A DNA stretch of 37,767 nt from Octopus bimaculoides. Its lineage: Eukaryota. Positions 10,556-22,063 of the stretch are shown here, piece after piece (within the stretch, counting starts at the first letter, position 1; every line of letters begins with the position of its first letter). The position numbers were made by a program, and so were the translations under genes. Below the pieces are notes generated by a model, which ran no database searches, was not told the origin of the DNA, and saw only the letters and a program-made list of their open reading frames with translations. The stretch is from assembly GCF_001194135.2 (NCBI RefSeq), contig NC_068981.1, positions 100,307,277 to 100,345,043 on the forward strand, in the 5' to 3' direction.

Positions 10556-11494
10556 CTTGTGTGTAGGTGGGGTATGTGTATGTATGTTGTTTCCATATGT
10601 CTTCACAATAACACTGACCAAAAATGATGACATATATGTCTCCTATAAGCAATATTTCCCATGGGTCAGTGAGATATAAAAAAATCTGTGGAATAAAAAT
10701 TCTTTACTTTATAAAAAGTGTAAGAGTTGACATGGTATCATAGGAAACCAAACATTAAAACTTGATGACAATAACGAGGATCAAATATGTGGGTGGTAAA
10801 TTGAAAAACTTATTTGAGGGATTTGCTTTCTACAGTGAGTATTATTGAAATCATAATGAAGTCACCAGCAAAGCCCATTGTAGGAAATAAAACACCCTTT
10901 TAATTTTCATTGGGTAAGGAATAATGTTACAGTAAAACAGATCAGACAGAAACTGCAAATAAACACAGACAGAAACAGACTACATCTACAAGAATAAAGA
11001 ACACACTTCTTCAAATATACTTAAAATTTGATAAATTGATAGCCTTAATTATACCATCAGAAATCTGTCAGTAAAATTTTGACAGTATATTACATCACCA
11101 ATAAACCAAAAGGCATATAATTAAACAACAATTGCTGACTTAATCAGCAGAAACTACTGAGATATGATCAAATTTGATCAGTGTTAATGAAAATCTAAAC
11201 ATAAATTTACAAAAACAAAATTTTTGAAAGATTGTATTTCCAATTTCAAGAACTTTCTTCTTCAATACCTAACCGCAGGCAATATTTTCAAATGCAACAT
11301 TATAGAGATGCCAATCAGATCTCCATTTTATTTATTTGTTTTCTGAAGTTGATTTTCACAAGCCTCACATGTCCAATTTCATTCTCCGTCAATTTAGATA
11401 TTGATCTTCTTACTATGGACAACTACATGGGAACATTTATGTTGTCATTCAATGTACTAAGAATAGCAGTCAAATTTCCTTCTCCCCTGTCTTT

Positions 11495-11715
11495 TGTCTG
11501 TTACTTGTTTCAGTCATTGAACAGTGGTCATGCTGGGGCACTGCCTTGAAGGGTTTAGTCAAGCAAATTGACCCCGGTACTTGCTTTTTTTTTAATGGAC
11601 TTTTACACTGAACCACTAAGTTACAGGGACATAAACAAACCAACACCAGTTGTCAAGCAGCTGGGAAGGGGCAGACAGACACACACATATGCAGATATAT
11701 ACATGCATACATATT
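11495..11715 (-). mobile_element. SINE body/3' fragment
   Basis: TTACTTGTTTCAGTCATTG...CATGCTGGGGCACTGCCTTGAAGGG..AGTCAAGCAAATTGACCCCGGTACTT...TAAGTTACAGGGACATAAACAAACCAACACCAGTTGTCAAGC; the later part is the reverse complement of 29540-29600. Confidence 0.6.
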
Positions 11716-11936
11716 ATATAGTCAATAGATGAGATCCAGAGATACTTGGTATAGAAAACACTCAGTAGTACTCAAATGATTCAAACTTAGATTCCAATGT
11801 ATTTATGATTGACCAACTCTAGGGTATAGAGTGGCTATAAGAGGAATCCAGGTGAACAGATATGGAGGCAATTATGTGAATGAACAAATTAAAATATAAC
11901 AGCTTGGGTTTGATATACAATATATATATATATATA

Positions 11937-12790
11937 TCTATACTATAAAAGGCAAATCTACTGTGTGTGTGTATGTTTAAAATTAATACATTTACACAAT
12001 TCAAAATTTCTCCGATTAAACAATCGCAATTAATCTATACTATAAAAGGCAAATCTACTCTCTGTGTGTGTATGTTTAAAATTAATACATTTACACAATT
12101 CAAAATTTCTTCGATTAAACAATCGCAATTAATATTCTAAATATAATTTGTTAGGTCACTGCGTCATTTTTTCACTCCAAAAATTTCCTAATAATGAATA
12201 AAATCCGTAAAACTACAGAGGTAAACATTTTCTCCCTAATAAAATCTAATTTCCTCTTTCTAATACAAATCCTTTCAACTCCTACTTTCTCTTATGAAGC
12301 TTTACGAAAAATCCAACAACAAATACAAAAAGAAAGGAAGGAGAAAAAGAAAACTATCAAAACTGAAACAATCACATTTCGATACTGTGATGACAGATAC
12401 TAAAACTACATATATAATTACTTTGCCCCTCTAAAATTAACTATTTCTATTCCTCTTACACATCGTTTCAATTGCTACTTTCTCTTATGAACGTTTACCA
12501 ACGATCCAAGAAAAAAGACAAAGAAACGAAGGGGAGTGAGAATCAAATAAACAGACACACTGCCAATCATACATAAATACACACATATATATGTACCTAT
12601 GGTTACCAATGACCTCATTCTAATTGGCGGGAACTAAACCCTAACAGAGAAACGAAAGAAAAAGAGAGTCAAATAAATATTTTCCCTTGTAACACAATGT
12701 AATTTCCTCTTTCTATAACAACTTTCACCTTTTATTCCGCACATTTAAGTATGAATATATAGATATTTATATATTAACAGATCAAACTTA
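11937..12790 (+). mobile_element. Non-autonomous Helitron-like element with a tandemly duplicated 5' end; 3' end not found
   Basis: A|TCTATACTATAAAAGGC at both 11937 and 12034 (5' TC after A, similar to the 5' end at 23103). Internal diverged repeats at ~12250-12350 and ~12450-12535. No hairpin+CTAG terminus is visible; the right boundary is approximate. Confidence 0.55.
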
Positions 12791-12840
12791 CACAGAGTAC
12801 AAGTGACAGAGAAAATTATATATGTACACACAGACACACA

Positions 12841-13005
12841 ACAGGCTTCTTTCAGGTTCTGTCAACCAAATCTGCTCACACAGCTTTGGTCAGCCCAGTG
12901 CTATGGTAGAAGACACTTGCACAAGGTGCCATATAGTAGGCTTGAACCCAGATCTATGAGTGGGAAGCAAAATTCTTATCACACAGTCATGCCTCACCTC
13001 ACATT
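12841..13005 (-). mobile_element. SINE 5' head, reverse orientation
   Basis: GGCTTCTTTCAGGTTCTGTCAACCAAATCTGCTCACACAGCTTTGGTCAGCCC...GTAGAAGACACTTGCACAAGGTGCCA...TGAACCC...TATCACACAGTCATGCC. Confidence 0.7.
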
Positions 13006-13536
13006 TTTTTGGCAGGTGAGGTAGATGTTAAAGATGTGTGAAAAGATGTAGTCCTACATACACTATGACTTGAAACAAGATAAGATGGAATGATCACAGC
13101 CGGAATACTTTCACGCTGCTTAATCAACGTGACTTAAGCTAAACAACAACAATGACAATAACAATTATTATAGGATAAGTTTCAAGAAATCTAACCATGT
13201 TAATGAAAGAAACATAATAACATATGACAGCACGTGTATAGTAATGATAGCTTGGTTATTAAAACTCTAATCCTTTATTAAAACTAAATAATTTTAAATG
13301 ATAATGGATAAATGTCTTCCAGAGTGACAAGAGTTCATAAAACTAGTGATTAGTTTCAGATTCAATATAGCCAAGTAGGTGAGAGTGAATGGGGGAGTGA
13401 GATTGTAATCTGATATTTTATTCGTTCAGCCTCTTCACGTCTAACTAATCATAAATAATCATAAATACGGAACTAGAATCACATGAAGTCAACACTTATA
13501 CATTCTCATTATTAATATTCTTAAATGCTTTAGAAA

Positions 13537-13702
<166 letters not shown>

Positions 13703-14291
13703 TACAACTCTTAATATTAATATTATATTCTTCCCATTATTAGTTATTCTTAAATGATTCTGGAATATGAACAGGAATCAGAAATAGTAAAACAGAAACC
13801 CAAAACCCATTATTAAATAGAATATGCTATTTTATTTTGAATATTTAATTAGTAGTGTATTTATACTTCAGACTGTTTTTATGCCTTCAGCTTCTTATTT
13901 GATAAACATTTATTTATTTATTGTGACTAATAATTAATTATACAAATAATTTATTCAATCAAAGGGGATAATTAATAGTCAAAAATACAAAAGACCCACA
14001 ACAAATTTTGGCTCCATGATATGATAATGTTGCCTCATAGGTATTAAGCTACATTAGTCCACTCAGTATTTAAAAAGAAATTAACACTGACCCCACAAAC
14101 TGACTCTAGATTCTTTTTTAAAATCTAAACCAACAAGTACGCTTTCCCTTGGCTCTTTCTGAAAAGACATAACTTTTGACAGAGCAGTATAATACCACCT
14201 TTCTTGAACAGGATTGTAAAGTAGTAGATGGCCAGTATACAACACTTGAACAAGATAAGAGAACAGCCACTAACCAGTAATCACCTGGAAT

Positions 14292-14547
14292 CAGTGTTTC
14301 TCAACTAGGGTCTGCATGGCCCTTGGAGGTCCACATAAGATTTTGCAGTTAAAATTTATGTGCAATAAACTGGTACTTCTACAAAACACAAAATATTTTA
14401 ACAACGATTTTTTTAATACAATTCCTAATAATATTTAATTATAAAAATATAATGGGACTTTTTTAAACATCAAATATTTATTAGGGTCCAGTAGAGTAAA
14501 CTAGGAATCAAAGGGGTCCACAGGCAAAAAATGGTTGAGAACCACTG
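14292..14547 (+). mobile_element. hAT/Charlie-like MITE, copy 1
   Basis: TIRs CAGTGTTTCTCAAC ... GTTGAGAACCACTG; no clear 8-bp TSD remains. Confidence 0.7.
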
Positions 14548-15654
14548 GGACGGTCATTCAGAACAATACAAGTGTCACTGTAACTGACCAGTACATCAAC
14601 ACCCTTCTTGGACTATAAAATAGAGAACTGACTAGCTAGAACAGTGACGTTTCTATTGTCTTAAGTCAGGGGATGGCAGCCTGAGGTTTAAAAAGAGAAG
14701 CAGAAAAACTGTCAAGATAGTTTTTAGAATTTTAAACTTGTCCAACACCACGAAGAAGAAGAATTATATGGATGAACTCTTATCAGTAAAGTGGGGAGAG
14801 GCAGAAAATTTTCAGTAATATTCTTAGGTGGGGGACTAATAGCTGTTTCCCTTCATGAAACACTATCCTAGATGATTGTCCAGGTGATTATCTAAGGAGT
14901 AGAGTTACAAAGCAGTGAGTATTTTCTTCCTAATAGGGGAAGAGATTTTAAGATTACTTGCCTTCACTAAGCAACATAACCATGAATAATACATCTGCAT
15001 AATTTTAATGTACAAAATGCAATAAAAATGAGTTAGAATTTAGTAAAATAATTGGACTTTAAAAGTTTTCCCCATCATCTAATTAAGATGATTTGGAGAA
15101 ACTGTAAAAATACTGAGATATAACACTGTACTTTTTTCCACTTACAACATAATTATTAATTTCAGAACCTTAGATTCAGCTTCATTTTATCCATCCCTAT
15201 ATTTGTATACATAAGCCAAAACACATTTTGCTAAGCCTTAAAGGCAGTCAATAATTATATTAAAACCCTAATTTTACATACTTTTCTATTAATATAATTG
15301 AATCTTCACTAAAGACAAATTTAGAAAAAGAAGAAAACAAAAATGAAAAATGAGTAAATTGGTTGTATGTTGGCTTCTAGATTAAATTGAATATATATAT
15401 ATCATTCCTTTTAACACATTTTAACTATATATATATATATATCATTCATTTTAACACTTTCATTGAAACTAGAATTCAATTGATCTGTATAAAAATAATT
15501 ATGGTTGCAGAAATTGTATTTTAGAACTTAAACATAAGTTATATCTAAAAAATCTTGCACGAATTCTGGCACCTTGCTGTGACAGTTTAATTAAAAACCA
15601 ATAACAGACTTTTGCTGGGTCACTGTTATATGGAATTGATTTTATCATTTTTAC

Positions 15655-15719
15655 CTTCATGTGACAATCAATCCTCAACATAGTAAAGACTTCATCACAT
15701 AAACTGGCCTTCCTCAGGA
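15655..15719 (-). CDS. Weak candidate 65-nt exon (xLRKASLCDEVFTMLRIDCHMK)
   Basis: Acceptor ATATTTTTTAG, donor AAG|GTAAAA, one open frame, phase-compatible with the 60-nt form of the 15911-15970 candidate. No protein family recognised. Confidence 0.2.
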
Positions 15720-15910
15720 CTAAAAAATATCTTTAGTTCCCCTACTATCTCTTTACAAAACTGAAGTGGAATCTACAATGGTATGTTCCAGGAATGGTGG
15801 TGGTGGTGATGGTGATGGTGGTGGTGGCAGTGGTGGCGGCGCTGCTGTTGCAGATTTAAACATCCTAGACCACATATATAAAATGTCCAACATATCTGCT
15901 ATGAACTTAC

Positions 15911-15970
15911 CCACAAACACATTCCAATACCTTACCCACAGATGTGTCTCTTCATTCTGCCTTTCTACTT
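15911..15970 (-). CDS. Candidate exon with two donors 25 nt apart (xVERQNEETHLW / ...VRYWNVFV)
   Basis: Very strong acceptor ATCTTTTTCCTTTTCCTTTCTGTATTTTGTTTTTCAAG (AG at 15972-15971); donors TGG|GTAAGG (15935) and TGG|GTAAGT (15910); one open frame. It could also be UTR or non-functional. Confidence 0.35.
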
Positions 15971-16551
15971 CTTGAAAAACAAAATACAGAAAGGAAAAGG
16001 AAAAAGATCCCTCAACTGAAAGGGGTATATTTATAAGAGAAGGGGAGGAGGTGGCTTTATGCCAGGTGTTGGGAGGCTAAAGTATGACAGAGGGACATCA
16101 ACAAGTTTTACTATGGAGGATACATGGCTTGCCTACATTATGTAACAGTAAGCGAGTGAAGCTGGAAGAGAAATAATGATGGTGATGACAGGGTACCAGA
16201 GTGTACTCTTAAGGTTCAAGAAGGTACTCTTAAAGTAAAAGAAGGTACAATAAGGGAGAATTATATGAATGTAACTGTTAATTTGTTTTCTGATTCATAA
16301 AGAAAGAGTGAGGTGCCAAAAGATTACCTTAGTAATTTAGGCAGGACCTGGTATTTATCTCTTTGAGAAGCCCTGCCTTTAGACATACAGTTTTTTTCAG
16401 TACATAGATCTTCTCAATTAACCAGTAGGGGAACATAAACAACAATGACAATGGCTTAAGTCTGTATCACTTCATTTTAAAAGTATTACTGTTTCAGATT
16501 TGATCTATCTCCCTCATGCTGACTTTTTTGGTGGTTTACCTACCTCTGCAT

Positions 16552-16789
16552 CAGTGGTCCTCAACCATATTTTGCCTATGGACCCCTCTGATTCTTATTT
16601 TACTCTACTAGACTTCCATAGCCATTCGATGTATATAAAAAAAAATTTTGGTATTTTTATAATTGAATATTATTGGAAATTGTAAAAAAATTTTTTTTTA
16701 ATATTGTAGAAGTATAAACCATTTTATTGCACAACAAAATTTTATATGAACCCCACAAGGGCCATGAGGACTCCAGTTGAGAACCACTG
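16552..16789 (-). mobile_element. hAT/Charlie-like MITE, copy 2 (inverted relative to 14292-14547)
   Basis: TIRs CAGTGGTCCTCAAC ... GTTGAGAACCACTG. The start CAACCATATTTTGCCTATGGACCCCTCTGATTC is the reverse complement of the end of copy 1. Flanks CTCTGCAT / TCTACATC resemble a decayed TSD. Confidence 0.75.
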
Positions 16790-16869
16790 TCTACATCAAA
16801 ACATCACTCTCTACTTTCATTTTGTAACAAAGTGTATTTTTTGTTCTCTCTAGTCAGCATACTGTATGC

Positions 16870-17010
16870 ATCACGAGCACCAGCACCACCACGACAACGA
16901 CGACCACCACCACCACCATCACCACCATCATCATCATTGTCGTCATCATCACCACCGCCATCATCATCATCATCATTGTCGTCATCATCACCACCACCGC
17001 CGCTGTCATC
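16870..17010. repeat. Mixed (CAC/CAT/CGT)n trinucleotide block with a ~40-bp higher-order duplication
   Basis: CATCATCATCATTGTCGTCATCATCACCACC occurs twice; explains the poly-His, poly-Asp and poly-Pro/Ser ORFs. Confidence 0.85.
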
Positions 17011-17484
17011 CACTTGCATCACATGTTCATAGCAGCAATCTTCTTTCTCTCTAACACTGCAGCCAATATTTCTTGTTAGGCCAGCCATTTACATGACTAA
17101 TGTCTTTAGGGTTAATGTTACATATTTAACTAAGATAAATGGCAGACAGACCAGGCTGTTGACTGAGTAGGGTTAAGTGGTCTGATTAGGTTTTTTATTT
17201 CATTTAAAAGCTCACATAGATGTCATATGAACTTTTAGCTGATTACTGACTTTGCTAACACTTAGAAAGCTGATAAGGATACAGGTAATCTTGTGGTACT
17301 TGACGACATTGTTGGTTAATCATGATAACAATTGCATTGTTGCTGTTGTTGTTGGTGGTGGTGGTGGTGGTCATAGTGATGATGATGATGATGGTGGTGA
17401 TGGCCAGAGTTATGAATGATGGTGGTGGTGAGTTTGCTTTCAGTAACGTTAGAAATTGCAGTAGCAATTTTTTTTCTTTCAGAA

Positions 17485-17600
17485 CAATGAATTCATGACC
17501 ACATTATCCACCATGTCCTTTTTCAAGATGCTGAAAAATGATTTGAGGAAGATTTGGTTACTATTTTCAGCAGGTAGAGTGACTACATAGTGGCTCCATC
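17485..17600 (+). repeat. Dispersed repeat family copy (GACCACATT...GATTTGGYTRCTATTTCTAGC motif)
   Basis: Homologous copies at ~28835-28980, ~31370-31535 and ~34612-34775 within this window; class not determined. Confidence 0.55.
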
Positions 17601-17941
17601 AGTGTTGTTGTCACAGCCAGTGATGATGGTGGTGGTGGTGGTCATCATCATCATCGTCGTCGTCATTGCCATCAAGGTCATGGTGGTGGTGGTGGTTGTG
17701 GCAGCAGCAGAGCAAAGCTATGATGCATACACTAGGTTCATCCGGCCTTTTTTATGTCAGGTTACTTGTGAAGTTATCATGAGTGCAGCTGGAAACATGG
17801 AACCTAGTACAACTTGTTGCATGGTTGGGTTGCTGGCAACTAAACCGGCACCCCCACCAAGTTAGCCTGGTGAGGAGGGTTGCTAGAAACCCAGCAGGAC
17901 TAAAAACAAAATCTGTTAAAAGACCAGATGAATGAACAAAC

Positions 17942-18285
17942 GAACATACATACATACATGATGGCCGTCCACTCGTGACTGAGGAAGACCATTGCTGACC
18001 TTCAGGAACATTGTGTGCTCTAGGACTAACTTATACTTTGCATTTGCGGCTCTGTTGGTGGCTAATGAGCCCTGTTCTTGACAAGCATACACGACTGCAA
18101 ACATTGCAGATTAAGCTTTCCCCATTCACTATATGAGCTGTGCGCTTTCGCGCAGCTCGCTTAAGTTCTTCATGCTGGATACGTCCTTTCTCAAAAGTGT
18201 CGATCCCCTCCTTAACCTGCTTCCTCCATCCATGGTGATGACAGGCATTGTTCTCCCAGTCAGTGTCCTGCATATCACATACATA
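17942..18285 (-). mobile_element. 5'-truncated RTE-type LINE 3' end (ORF C-terminus, 3' UTR, (TATG)n tail)
   Basis: ORF 18031-18273: WENNA....WRKQVKEGIDTFEKGR...KRAARK......CNVCSRVCLSRTGLISH (C-terminal CCHH-like motif typical of RTE-clade ORFs), a short 3' UTR, and a (TATG)n tail at ~17942-17958. Confidence 0.75.
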
Positions 18286-18724
18286 TATACATACAAAACA
18301 CTGGTCAGCCTGAATCTATGGAAGAAGACATTTGTGCAAAGTGCCATATAGTGGGACTAGAATCTACTTATTATCTTTCATGTGTATATATAGTTATATA
18401 CATATATATATATTATGTGAGTATATGCATATTTGTGTATGTGCATTTATATTTATAGCTAAGTCTATAATTTGGGTGTTCAGGCTAAATTTGACAATTT
18501 TTTGTGTCTCCTATTTTCAGGAACAGTTTGGTGTATTGGTGAACAGTTAATGGCATCAGAGAGTATAAAGATTAAAGTTGAGTATGAGAAAAAATTAACT
18601 GTCATGGAGGACTAGAAGGCATCTGAATATTAGAAAAGAGTTAGCTGTATTATGATGATTCATGCCAGGTGTAAAACTGCCAACTGCTGCTCAATGCTCT
18701 GTGAACACTGTAAAGGCTGTAAGA

Positions 18725-19284
18725 TGTGACATGGATATCATGAAAAGCAAGCACCTCCAAACTGTGATGGTCTTTAGGGATGTCTCCAAATACTGACAGC
18801 TATGTGAAGCTGTTAGAGACTGTGGTCAAACCTTAGCTGGAGAGGGTTGCTGCTGGAAGGCCATGTGTGTGGCAGTAAGATTCAGCTCCTTGCCATACCT
18901 CCAGAAAGAATCAGGAGTGGTTGTCAGAGAGTTTCTATGACTTCATCAGCCCCAATTTCTGGCCTCCTAATTCCCTCGGTTGTAATCCTTTGGGTTACTA
19001 TGTGTGGGACATGGTTGAGAAAGACATCAGTCACTCTGTAACACCAAAACTGAGCTGGTGGCCAAGATCAAGGAGGTGAGGACCACAGTGAGGAATGCAT
19101 GTGCCAGGTTCTGGAGCTGCCTTGAGGCCATGGTAGGAGTTGAGGGTGGTTACTTTAAGTAAACTGTTACCTCCAAGCCATAATCTGGTTGATATTTTGT
19201 TTTTTTTAAATACTTTTAATTTTGGATAGGATATTGTTTTATTTTCCTTTTATGCAAACTGTCGAATTTAACCTGAACATCCTG
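18725..19284 (+). pseudogene. maT (DD37D Tc1/mariner) transposase C-terminal remnant with right TIR
   Basis: Translates as MKSKHLQTVMVF...YVKLLETVVKP*LERVAAGRPCVWQ*DSAPCHTSRKNQEWLSESFYDFISPNFWPPNSLGCNPLGYYVWDMVEK. There are 37 residues between the second D and the third catalytic position (here G, GGT). Ends ...AACCTGAACATCCTG|TA. Confidence 0.85.
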
Positions 19285-19725
19285 TATAAGACCACAAATT
19301 TTGGAGAACTGATTAAATCAACAATTGATATAATTTGTCCCACTTTATTTCTTGTACTTTGTCTTAAAAATCTCTGCATTATAAAAGCAGAGTTGGCAGC
19401 AGTAAGATTTGAACTAAAAGCATAAAATGTCATAACTAAACACTAGCACTTTGTCTATTACCCCACTAGCTTAGCCATCCACCAATTTAGATATTAACTT
19501 AGGTAATGCAAAATTAAATCCAAAGTATGGTTTCACTGAAATATTCATATGGATTCTCTCACATCATCAGTGAATGTGAATCACAAACACAGATAGATAT
19601 CAAAATACAGTGTAAGTGAATCTCTCTCTCTCTCCCTCTCCCTACCCCTCTCTCTTTCTATATATATATATATATCTGTGTGTGTGTGTGTTCATATGCA
19701 TGCATAGGAAATGAGAAAGCTTTAA

Positions 19726-19870
19726 GTCACTGGTTTTTAACTTAGGCTGTAGCATCCCCTCAGAGGAGCAGTGTGAGCTCACAAGGGTCAAGGAGTCCTA
19801 CAGATGAGGGGCACTAGGCACACATTATGGATACTTCAAGTTATGGAAAATTATGAAGTATGACCACTAA
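19726..19870. mobile_element. Possible small degenerate hAT-like MITE
   Basis: CACTGGTTTTTAACTT ... AAGTATGACCACTA, imperfect TIRs only. Confidence 0.3.
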
Positions 19871-21099
19871 TTTTCAGATCTGGTCTGTAATTTCCCTCTT
19901 ACAGAAATTAGGATAAATTTTAAGACAAGAAACCAAGCAAACAAACAAAGAATAAACAAACAGACAGACAGGTAAACAAATACAGAAAAAGAAACAAAAG
20001 GCAGCAATATAAATAGCAAAGTATTGATAGTGCAGTGAGAAATTGACCAAGCAATTGTTTGTTCATATCCTGTCACAAACACCACATTTTGTTGAAGACT
20101 AAGCACTGTAACTCTTAGCTTAATTCACCTTCCGTAAAAAAAAGTACTTTTACTTCAGTAAAAAGGAACAATTTACTATAGAAATGCAGCAGTAATGTAA
20201 ATTTGACAAGTAACTTATTTGTTGGCTGTGCTGAATGTGTATTACCCTTTGAGTATAGCTTAGAGAAAATCAAATTGATTTTCCATGGATACATTACATA
20301 AAAAGGATATCATCTGTGCAGGTACCAGAAACCCACTGGGTTTTATAACTCTTCTTAATATAAGCAGTTTTTTTAATATATCTTTTGTCATGTTTCTCTA
20401 TGAGAGATATCAAATAGAATGATGTCATCATTGATTTAAGAATGATTAAAATAAAACACATATTTATAAATGAAAATAACATGAAGTTTATAATATGACA
20501 CCTTGTGTGTATTGTTAGCTTTCAGAATAACACACATTTGCATTCTGGGGTGTTAATGCCAATTAGCTTATTTTTGCTTCTGTGGAGCAAAAATCTAATT
20601 TAGTACAACATGCTATCTAATTTAATACAACAGAAGGAAATTATGTTTGTTCAAAATGACATTTCTGACATATTCTCAGATTAAATCTTTATTTATTGAA
20701 TTATCTGGTATTCTGATAATCTCAAATTTTTAAGATAATTATGGTCTTATTGTTAAGAAACTTTATATTTGGCTCAATACCTCAAGTTGAACTCACTTCC
20801 TGCTATCTCCACCTGCAGTAGAATGCACACCAACAGGAGATAGTTGCCGCCATAATATTCAATCTTTTGCAAGAACATTCAGGGAAATCATATCAAGACC
20901 GACATATGCTGTGATGCTATCTCACCATCTCTTAGTTGTCAAATGTGTCCAGTTGACACATTTGATACATTTAACCTCAAGTTAAAATTATGTCACAATT
21001 TTGGCATTTGTGTCTATGGACAAAATACACTATTTTACTGCTCTCATATAACCTAAAGCAGGAAAACAGTGTATAAAATGGAACTCCACTGGCTATGAC

Positions 21100-21385
21100 A
21101 ACAAGGGTTCCAGCTAGTGTTCTGATAAATGGAACATCCTGCTTATGTAGATGGCTGAGCACTCCATGGTCATGCATACCCTTAATGTAGTTCTCAGAGA
21201 GATTCAGCATGACACAGAGTTGGCCATTTGAATTACAGGTATAGCTCAAATTTGACAGTTGTGCAAACTGGAACAATGCGAAATAAAGTGTCTTGCTCAA
21301 GAGCACAATGTACCACCAGGAATCAGGCACACAACCTTATGATCATGAGCTGAAGACCTCAACCACTAAGCCATGCACCTTCACA
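21100..21385 (-). mobile_element. tRNA-derived SINE (6621-6963 type head)
   Basis: GAAATAAAGTGTCTTGCTCAAGAGCACAA...ACCTTATGATCATGAGC..AAGACCTCAACCACTAAGCCATGCACCTTCAC is the reverse complement of the A/B-box head and central motif. Confidence 0.75.
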
Positions 21386-21883
21386 AAAAACTTTGCATAC
21401 AGCTGCTGCTAGACTGAATGGTTGAGTGAGAGGTTTATGGCACAAGAGCAAAATTCAAGTTTGATCCCAACACATAAACATCATAGCCTTGGTTTGACTT
21501 AACTCTCTCTTATAAGTGAAATTGGTAGAAGGGAACAGTAAATCTATTAGCTGAATTGTACCTGTAATTAAAAGGAAATGGCTTGTCATACACTGTGCTA
21601 CACTGATTCTGCTTGAGGGTCACAGCAATAATGCACATATCTATGAAATACTCAAATACTTACATGCAAATTCAATGAACAGGAAGTTCAGTTTAATGAG
21701 CAACTAAATACATATTATTGAAACCAACTAAGACCCAAATGCTTTCACTTCTACTCAGCACAGAAAAAGCAATAGTAATAACATTTATTACAACAGCATT
21801 TGACTTCTACTTTATCAAATCTTCCTATTTCATATGCTTATTCCTCATACTGATAATGCCAATGTATTTTTTTTTTTTATCAG

Positions 21884-21960
21884 AGGAGTTGGCCATTTTA
21901 CCAGAGATTCAACTCAGGATTATTATAATTTTGACAATTATAGAGAGCTCTTATCTTACT
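21884..21960 (+). CDS. Candidate 77-nt exon (xGVGHFTRDSTQDYYNFDNYRELLSY)
   Basis: TACTGAT branch-like motif, T-rich tract and TATCAG acceptor (21883), donor T|GTATGA (21961), open frame with ordinary amino-acid composition. No confident family assignment. Confidence 0.3.
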
Positions 21961-22027
21961 GTATGAATGTACACACATATCAACAGTAATATTATCTATC
22001 TTCTAAAACCATGTTTTCTTTATGTAT

Positions 22028-22063
<36 letters not shown>

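Noticed and set aside
16804-17088. His-rich, Asp/Gly-rich and Pro/Ser-rich ORFs, superficially like cephalopod His-rich structural proteins
   Set aside because: Open in several frames on both strands because they are CAC/CAT repeats; no signal peptide or unique flanking coding sequence.
17483-17573. Plus-strand exon-like segment (TTTCAG...CAG|GTAGAG)
   Set aside because: It is a copy of a dispersed repeat also found at ~28835, ~31370 and ~34612.
21884-21960. Resemblance of NYRELL to GPI-specific phospholipase D, or of ELLSY to MBOAT proteins
   Set aside because: Five to six residue matches only; surrounding conserved residues are absent, so no gene name is assigned.
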